Positions 57,343 to 64,000 of a DNA stretch of 64,000 bases are shown piece after piece. The position numbers and the translations under genes were made by a program. Every line of letters begins with the position of its first letter. The first letter of the stretch is position 1. The notes beneath the pieces were generated by a model. It made no database searches. It had not been told where the DNA came from and worked only from the letters and a program-made list of their open reading frames with translations. Origin of the DNA: Promethearchaeota archaeon (lineage in GTDB: Archaea > Asgardarchaeota > Lokiarchaeia > Sigyniarchaeales > SOKP01); assembly GCA_019057795.1 (NCBI GenBank), contig JAHLWS010000074.1:21725-85724 (forward strand), in the 5' to 3' direction.

Positions 57343-57538
57343 AATATATATCGTATTTTTCTACTAAAGATTATATATATTGTAAAGTTCACACCATTTT
57401 AAAAATCAGAGTAATTTATGTGAAAATTGTGAAAATTTTTCCCCATAAGTAATTTTTCTCTTAATATTCAACCAAAATAATATTAAATAATAACAATTAG
57501 AACAAACAAAATAAACAAAAATTTTTAAGTAGAAAATA

Positions 57539-58132
57539 ATGACAGTGACTTTCGCGTATTTTTTTGATATGTTTTTCTTCACTAACTTAGTTGAAGGTAT
57601 AGCTCTCATACTTTTATACTCGATGTTTATCCTTTCTTCAAGAAATCAACCTCGAGAAAATAAATCCGACCAGCTCTTGAAGAGAGCAGGCATTATAGGA
57701 ATAATATTTTCCGTTTTCAAATTAGTCCGTCCAACAATAGTATGCACCCCTCCCGATTATGGTGTCTGTCGAATATATGGATTCTCAGTTGGACTTATAT
57801 CTTTTGTTCCCGTGCTCGTCTGCCTGGGTGCTTCCTTATTCTTACTTGGGAAACGTAATAAGGAAAAGTACGGACAGATATTAATCGCTTCAGGAATTTT
57901 ATGGATAGTGGCTTTTTTCGGATATGCTATTGGACTTGGAGCTATAATGTTCGGTATGTGGATGCTTATATCATTAGGCTTTTTGTCATACCTTTCGATT
58001 CCCGCATTTATATTAATGATAATACATGGAACAAAATTTACCGATAAATATTTCGTCTTGGCAGGCTTTTTTTACATTATTTCCTGGCTGGCTGTGATAT
58101 TTATTCCGTGGCTACCAATTCCACTTATTTAA
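57539..58132 (+). CDS. Hypothetical integral membrane protein
   Basis: About six hydrophobic helices. Confidence 0.75.
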   Translation: MTVTFAYFFDMFFFTNLVEGIALILLYSMFILSSRNQPRENKSDQLLKRAGIIGIIFSVFKLVRPTIVCTPPDYGVCRIYGFSVGLISFVPVLVCLGASLFLLGKRNKEKYGQILIASGILWIVAFFGYAIGLGAIMFGMWMLISLGFLSYLSIPAFILMIIHGTKFTDKYFVLAGFFYIISWLAVIFIPWLPIPLI

Positions 58133-58420
58133 ATTCTCAAATCTTTTTCTTTTTTTTTCTATAATCTGTTTTTAATTACGATAATAATTTAGTAATTTCC
58201 AAGTTAGTTTTTTTTTATTTTCAAGCAGTAAAGTGTCGAGCAAACCTTTATATTATAAATATTTATACAAAGATTTATTTTGAGAAAACGAGAAGAGTTA
58301 GATCTTACTTATGTGAGATACCCTCTCTGCTGCGGTATTTGCGGCGACCGAATGGAAAACTTCGTTTATAATATGAAATAAAATAAAAAAGAAAAATAAT
58401 AACAAAAAAAAGTATAAATA

Positions 58421-58675
58421 TTACAATCCGCCAGCCTGCGTTGCCATCACGGTTATCACGTCCTTCTTAGGGTGTATGCCAATCTTGGCGAACTTAAGCT
58501 GGTCAGGAAGGACTTTTCCTTTAAATATAAATTGAATTGCTAGAATAGGATTCAATTTATATTCGCGTTGAACCGTTTTTTTGATTTCCGCTATAGATTG
58601 ATTTGGATCCACTTCGATGAGCTTGATTGCCTGATCCGGGGGCACTCCAGTCAATCTGAAACGATATTGAGCCAT
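58421..58675 (-). CDS. Ubiquitin-like protein precursor (ends ...QAGG-L)
   Basis: 84-aa beta-grasp pattern: VDPNQSIAEIKK, QFIFKGKVLPD, di-Gly followed by one extra residue. Confidence 0.88.
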   Translation of the reverse strand: MAQYRFRLTGVPPDQAIKLIEVDPNQSIAEIKKTVQREYKLNPILAIQFIFKGKVLPDQLKFAKIGIHPKKDVITVMATQAGGL

Positions 58676-58829
58676 AAATTATCACTTTTTGTTTATAATT
58701 TTAAAAATTTATGTTTAATACTCTAATAGATAAAATATAGTTAAATCCTACGGTATTTTTTATTGAACTGGAGTTTAAAGTTTCGTTAAAAGCATTCTTC
58801 TTAAGCTTCAATAAGATTTTCTATTGTGT

Positions 58830-59018
58830 TTAAAACCTGAAAGGTTCGGGAGGAGGACCTGGAGGATGTGGTGGTGGACGCGGCCCTGGATGAGGACTTG
58901 GTCTCGGTGGAAACCTTCCAAATCTGTCTTCAATAGAAGAAATTCTTTGCTCTATTTGATATAGTCTTTTTTCGATTGCTTTAATTCGTTCTAATAAATT
59001 TGGGTTTTCTATCGACAT
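58830..59018 (-). CDS. Small coiled-coil protein with a polyproline tail
   Basis: LLERIKAIEKRLYQIEQRISSIE followed by PPRPSPHPGPRPPPHPPGPPPEPF. Confidence 0.75.
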   Translation of the reverse strand: MSIENPNLLERIKAIEKRLYQIEQRISSIEDRFGRFPPRPSPHPGPRPPPHPPGPPPEPFRF

Positions 59019-59235
59019 TTTTATATTGATTTTAATTATTTAATTTGGATTATGTTATAAATTTCAAAATCCAATTTATTATTACAAATTAGACATTTAA
59101 ATTTTATGCTAATTTGGAAAGTTAATTGGTTTAAAAACAGGTTTCAATCCACATTTTTTTATAAGTATTAAGATATCGAAACTAAAGTATAAGTATAGGT
59201 AAAAGTATAAATAGTTCAATTTCTTTTTTATATTT

Positions 59236-60579
59236 ATGTCCATATTTTCTTTACCTAAGGAAGTCAAAGCTAAAGTACTATCAGAAGTTAAAAAAATTAA
59301 TAGATACGATTTAAGAATCCTATATTTATTAAAGAATTTAGGCTCACAACGTTTTACAGATTTGATAGAATATGCTGGATTGAGCAGGTCTACGGTCTCA
59401 AAATATTTGAAAAATCACGAAAAGAAAAATATTATTGAAAAGAAGTTATTTAAAAATCAAGTAACCAATAGACAAGAGCAGCGTTATTTTATAACTGAAT
59501 TAGGCATTGAAATGTTAAACGAGGAGCATATTGATACATCGGAAACATTTTATTTTAATGAAATGAATAGTTATATTTCACAATTATCAGACTTAGTTAA
59601 CTTTTATAAAGAAATTGGAGTAGCTGACTCGATAATATATCAAATCCTAAAAATGGCTTCAAAAGTTGGAGAAAACTTTTTTATATTGGAGAAGGATAAG
59701 GATTTCTTTTTAACATTGTTTTACATCTTTTTAAATTCGGTTTCTACAAGGGATTTTAAATTTGAGATAAATGAATTTTGTAAGCATTACGATGTAAAGA
59801 GATTAAGGATTGATTTCTATGTCGATAAGATAATGTCAAATAATTTGGGTTACTACATTTTTACTCGTGGAGAAGACATTTTTTTCTTTCATGCTGACGA
59901 TATAATTGGAACTACTACATTGCGCTTGATAAAGGATAGGTTAATCAAAGAAATAATACACATTAATTTAGATGGTTATCGAAAAATTTATGATCTTGAC
60001 AAAATGGCAGAAAAAATAGCCGAAAATCTATTGAAGATGAATCTAATATGGGAAGCGGATGAAGATGCTAAAATAGGTGGTATTAGAGAACCTTTTGAAA
60101 TGCTAATTGAAAAAATGTTAATTAAAACGGCTTTGGATATGGGTTTTTCAAGACCGTTCTTAATGGATATGATTCTTCAATCTGAAAAAATGCGAAAGTC
60201 TAAGAGAGGTGTAAATTCACTAATTGACATTATTGAAGGGTCTGAAAGATACGAAGACTTAAACTTGGTGTCTATTTCTGAATTTAAAAGTTTAGATATG
60301 GACGAAATTTTAGAGCAGATTCAAGGGTTTTGTCCCAATTGTGGAAAAACAATTTTAAAGAAAGACTTATCAACGGTTTGTTCCAAATGTAGTAAAAAAC
60401 TTGAGGAAACAGAATTAATTAGAGATATCAACGAAGCAAATAAAGTTAGTATGCGGTTTAAGCAAATTAAACTTAAAGAAGAAGAAATCATAGAATGTCC
60501 TAACCCAAATTGTAATTACTATGTAAAATCTAGCTGGGATGTCTGCCCTGAATGTTCAACTCCTATTAGAAAGGATTAA
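59236..60579 (+). CDS. Winged-HTH regulator-like protein with C-terminal zinc ribbons
   Basis: RFTDLIEYAGLSRSTVSKYL...YFITELG; CPNC..CSKC and CPNPNC..CPEC. Confidence 0.8.
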   Translation: MSIFSLPKEVKAKVLSEVKKINRYDLRILYLLKNLGSQRFTDLIEYAGLSRSTVSKYLKNHEKKNIIEKKLFKNQVTNRQEQRYFITELGIEMLNEEHIDTSETFYFNEMNSYISQLSDLVNFYKEIGVADSIIYQILKMASKVGENFFILEKDKDFFLTLFYIFLNSVSTRDFKFEINEFCKHYDVKRLRIDFYVDKIMSNNLGYYIFTRGEDIFFFHADDIIGTTTLRLIKDRLIKEIIHINLDGYRKIYDLDKMAEKIAENLLKMNLIWEADEDAKIGGIREPFEMLIEKMLIKTALDMGFSRPFLMDMILQSEKMRKSKRGVNSLIDIIEGSERYEDLNLVSISEFKSLDMDEILEQIQGFCPNCGKTILKKDLSTVCSKCSKKLEETELIRDINEANKVSMRFKQIKLKEEEIIECPNPNCNYYVKSSWDVCPECSTPIRKD

Positions 60580-60701
60580 CACTGAATTTCTTTCTATTTA
60601 AACACTATTTTATAATAAATCTGTAAAGAGTCGATTTTTTAATATAGCTTAAAATAAGATTAAATATCCCTAAATCACAAAAATCTTAGCTAACTTGGAA
60701 T

Positions 60702-62366
60702 ATGCTTGAAATTCAATTATTTTTGGTGATATTGATAATTTGTATTACTTTATGCTCAACTTTCGTTATAACTCATAAAGTAAAAGAATTTAAGATAAAT
60801 GATTATCTTAAATTAAAGTTGGAACAGGGACGGACTAATATTTATGTTAAGAATAGACCGTTTAGACAGTGCATGTTTCTTCTATTAAATATTCCTGTTG
60901 ATCGAGTTAGAGATTATGATATGATCGACTCGATTGATGAAGCTGCGGAAAAGTTAGACAGGTCTATGGAAAGAGATCATAGAGTACGAAGTCAGATATC
61001 CCCCGAAGAAGAATTTATGGGTCATTGCTCTAATATACAAGCATGGGCAGATAATGATTACGATACAAGAATTTTGCATAGAAATTTAGCATTTCCTCTT
61101 TTAAAAAGGTTAACTGATGTTGGAGACCCTATAGCTTTAAGAAAATTTAAAGAAGAAATAGCGATGCGATATGCAAGTGGTTACCCCTCAGTTATGCAAT
61201 TTTTAACGCATAATGGGTATTTAACTTATCTTAATCCTGATGAATTTGAAAGTATGCTTGATGACATTAAGCTTCCTATTATAGATGATTTAATTAAAAC
61301 CCTAAAACCCTTAATTAATGATTTGCAAAATCCAAATAATATATCGCGTATACAGTATGTAATTAATAGGTTATTAAGATTATTTAACTTCCAACATGGC
61401 TATTTGTTATTATGTCGAGTTGTAAAAGAGATTCCAGAAAAATTACGGCAGACATTTGTAGAAATTCTTTATAACCGGTTTAGACATAGTAAAAGATTTC
61501 AAATGACTGAATTTATAAAAAAGGTTGTTAGTAATTTCGAAGAAATTGACTTCAAGTATTTCACTTATGAAAAAAGAATAGTAGGTATCCAAATTAACCA
61601 AAATTTGAGCGTTAATAGAAAAAAAATTAAAATAATTTTAGATATAGAAGGGCTAAACAAAGAGAATTCGAATTTAGGAGAATTGGATTTAAGTATAAAC
61701 GCGATCTCAAAAATAGATGGCATTGAAAACCTTTCAAAGTTAACGGACTTGAAATTAAATCGTAATCAAATTGATGAGATTAGCGGTTTAGAAAAACTCC
61801 AAAATTTAAAAGCATTAGATTTAAGTAATAATAAAATCACAGAAATTAAGGGCTTAGAAAAGCTTATAAATTTAAAGAAATTGACCCTTAAAAATAACCA
61901 AATTTCGGAGATAAACAAACTTGATAAACTGATTAATTTAGAATACCTTGACTTATCAGGAAATTCGGATATTAGCGAAATACCCGAAGTGTTAAATGAA
62001 CTACCATCCCTTAAAACTTTAAAATTAAAGGGATGCAACATAAGAAAATATCGTGATTCAACATCAAAATATTTTTGGATGGGTCAAAATTATCGATGTT
62101 ATTCAAATTTTACTATTGAAGATATTTCTCAATACGAGCAAACCCATACTAATAATGCTATTTATGGAAACACACCATACAAACATTTTCTGGTTTGGTT
62201 ACTAAATGCTAAATCTATAATGAAAAATCTTAACTGTAATTATAGAGATCTCAACAATTATGAAAAAAGTACAAATAAAAGCGCTATATGGAGCGGTAGA
62301 CCTACAAAAGCTTTTTTAAAATGGCTATATAATCAGAAACAAACGAGAATTACCTCATTCAATTAA
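60702..62366 (+). CDS. LRR protein with a Lokiarchaeia-type N-terminal domain and two short C-terminal repeats
   Basis: EFKINDYLKLKLE, EEEFMGHCSNIQAW, DTRILHRNLAFPLLKRL; SDS22-like LxxLxLxxNxIxxIxGL repeats. Confidence 0.88.
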   Translation: MLEIQLFLVILIICITLCSTFVITHKVKEFKINDYLKLKLEQGRTNIYVKNRPFRQCMFLLLNIPVDRVRDYDMIDSIDEAAEKLDRSMERDHRVRSQISPEEEFMGHCSNIQAWADNDYDTRILHRNLAFPLLKRLTDVGDPIALRKFKEEIAMRYASGYPSVMQFLTHNGYLTYLNPDEFESMLDDIKLPIIDDLIKTLKPLINDLQNPNNISRIQYVINRLLRLFNFQHGYLLLCRVVKEIPEKLRQTFVEILYNRFRHSKRFQMTEFIKKVVSNFEEIDFKYFTYEKRIVGIQINQNLSVNRKKIKIILDIEGLNKENSNLGELDLSINAISKIDGIENLSKLTDLKLNRNQIDEISGLEKLQNLKALDLSNNKITEIKGLEKLINLKKLTLKNNQISEINKLDKLINLEYLDLSGNSDISEIPEVLNELPSLKTLKLKGCNIRKYRDSTSKYFWMGQNYRCYSNFTIEDISQYEQTHTNNAIYGNTPYKHFLVWLLNAKSIMKNLNCNYRDLNNYEKSTNKSAIWSGRPTKAFLKWLYNQKQTRITSFN

Positions 62367-62399
62367 AACAGTTATCTTTTTTTTAGATGAGTTTTAAAT

Positions 62400-63341
62400 T
62401 TAAGAAAATTCCAACATTTTCTTAATTGGATTTAAAGCTCGTTTAGCAATTTCAGATGGAACTTTTACTTCAAATGTTGGATCATCTAAGTGTTCGAGAA
62501 CATATTTTGTTAATTCAATAGTATTCTTCTTCATATTATAACAGATCATCTTGTCTTTTGCGAGATAAAACTTTTTATTTGGAAAATCTTGAGCCATTCT
62601 TTCTAACAATCCTAACTCCGTTCCGATAATAAATTGAGTTTCTTCTGAAGGACTTTTTTTAACCCTATTATACATTTGAGCCGTCGACCCTATAAAATCA
62701 GCTAGGTGCCGAACTTCCCTTTCGCATTCCGGATGTACAAGAAATTTAGCGTTGGAATGTTCTTGCCTTATTTTTTTAACATCTTCAACAGTTAATAAAG
62801 TATGAACGTAACAATGACCTTGCGGAGGGCATTTAATGCATTTTATATGCGATTTTTCTTCGACATAATCCGCTAAATTTGCATCTGGTCCAAATAAAAC
62901 CGCGTTTGTATTAAACTCTTTACTAATCTTTTCTACAATTTTAACTGCGTTTGACGATGTACAACAAATATCGGATTCTGCCTTAACTGCAGCTGTACTG
63001 TTTACGTAAGTTACAACAGGAAGTCCTGGATTTTCCAATCTGAATTTTCTAACCATATTTTCGTCCAAAAAAGCGGCCATGGGACAACAAGCCTCTGAAC
63101 TAGGTAATAAAACGCGTTTATCTTGGTTTAAAATAGATGCTGTTTCAGCCATAAAATCTACGCCTGCAAAAATAATATATTCCGTGTTAGCTTCTTTTGT
63201 AAGTTTAGATAACTCAAGAGAACCACCTAAATGATCCGCCACTTCCTGAATTTCGATAGGCTGGTAATAGTGAGCAAGTAAAATTACATCGTTTTGCTTT
63301 TTTAATTTTAAAACATCTTCTTGTATTTGTTTTAGAGTCAT
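62400..63341 (-). CDS. nadA: Quinolinate synthase
   Basis: LAHYYQ, GVDFMAETA, CPMA, YVNSTAAVKA, CTSSN, CYVH, HPEC, GST, IGTE, C..MK. Confidence 0.97.
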   Translation of the reverse strand: MTLKQIQEDVLKLKKQNDVILLAHYYQPIEIQEVADHLGGSLELSKLTKEANTEYIIFAGVDFMAETASILNQDKRVLLPSSEACCPMAAFLDENMVRKFRLENPGLPVVTYVNSTAAVKAESDICCTSSNAVKIVEKISKEFNTNAVLFGPDANLADYVEEKSHIKCIKCPPQGHCYVHTLLTVEDVKKIRQEHSNAKFLVHPECEREVRHLADFIGSTAQMYNRVKKSPSEETQFIIGTELGLLERMAQDFPNKKFYLAKDKMICYNMKKNTIELTKYVLEHLDDPTFEVKVPSEIAKRALNPIKKMLEFS

Positions 63342-63470
63342 CTTTTTTCTTTGATATTTTCTGATTAATTCCTATACTTTGTGTATGGATGGGCAAAAAA
63401 AAAGTTTTCGTTTAATGGTATCACGTAGATATTACAGCTTATTATAACAAAATTTGGCGTTTTTAAATTC

Positions 63471-64000
63471 ATGGACTTTAGTAGACGCGTCAAAAAAGAA
63501 ATCGTGAAGATCTCTGCCGATCAATATGCACCAAAAGCGTGCCCATCTTGCGGAAGTAGTGAAATTACAATAAGAACAAGCCATAAAAGGATAATATCCG
63601 AGCTTGGAAATATTAATACCGAATTATATATAGAACTTCATGTAGCTACCTTTGAATGTGAGAGTTGCAGGGCTAAATACACGCCAAAACATGAGGATTA
63701 CCCTAAAGGGTACCTATATTCAAGAAGCGTAATTCAAACTGCCCTGTCTCTCCATTTTCAGGATAATGTCTCGGGAAACAAAATTGCTGCTCAGCTTGCG
63801 AAATATTTTAACGTTCAGATACCCCCTAAGACGATTTATTCATGGATTAATGCTTTAACTGAAGATTTCATGAAAAGCGAATTTAAAAACGATCCTGAGA
63901 AGGCATTAGAAGCGTATAAAGCACTCACAATCGATGGAACGGGTTTTAGTTTAGGAAATAAACTGTTAGGAAAAAAAAAAAATGTGCCCTTAGCATCGGC
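63471..64000 (+). mobile_element. Transposase-like gene (Zn finger, HTH, start of DDE), truncated by the window end
   Basis: My translation: MDFSRRVKK...CPSCGS...FECESC...SGNKIAAQLAKYFNVQIPPKTIYSWI...LTIDGT; open to base 64000. Confidence 0.7.

Noticed and set aside
58310-58360. TPP riboswitch (UGAGA-UACCC...CUG...GCG resemblance)
   Set aside because: No upstream GGG to form P2, no CUGAU/UAAU core, and no downstream gene on that strand.
59183-59213. AAGTATA short direct repeats upstream of the wHTH gene
   Set aside because: Too short and AT-rich to distinguish from chance or ordinary TATA elements.
1-64000. rRNA/tRNA genes, reverse transcriptase or DGR, integrase or provirus
   Set aside because: No supporting motifs seen by eye; a tRNAscan-SE/Infernal run would be needed to exclude RNA genes fully.

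Overview
AT-rich archaeal DNA, most likely from an Asgard archaeon of the Lokiarchaeia type. This is inferred from a eukaryote-like ubiquitin precursor, a SIRT6/7-like sirtuin, Loki-type LRR proteins, a PINA ATPase and a tRNA splicing endonuclease. The first 26.7 kb are one giant reading frame that is already open at base 1 (at least 8908 codons, 5'-truncated by the window). Its extracellular-looking part contains LamG, Ig-like and jelly-roll modules. Between about 3.0 and 10.3 kb these modules are split into N-halves and C-halves arranged in mirror order, a nested 'Russian-doll' layout. After that come small phage-tail-like beta repeats, DxDxDG Ca-binding loops and Ala/Gly-rich hydrophobic helices. 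The protein ends in a basic tip with a GIY-YIG nuclease domain and HTH repeats. The next gene is a small LRR protein, and then a truncated GH20 remnant. Together this looks like an inserted giant polymorphic-toxin plus immunity-like system, which is the best candidate for an undescribed system here. The remaining ~36 kb are mostly metabolic, transport and regulatory genes: PAS histidine kinase, ECF S component, ThrC-wHTH, ZIP plus DtxR with a palindromic operator, PfkB, metallophosphoesterase, amidohydrolase-YjbQ fusion, APC permease, PHP, Sir2, PINA, an orphan HNH, EndA, SDR, MFS, HycI, DUF362, a ubiquitin-like protein, LRR and NadA. A transposase-like gene runs off the right edge. All family calls come from reading motifs by eye; no database searches were run.
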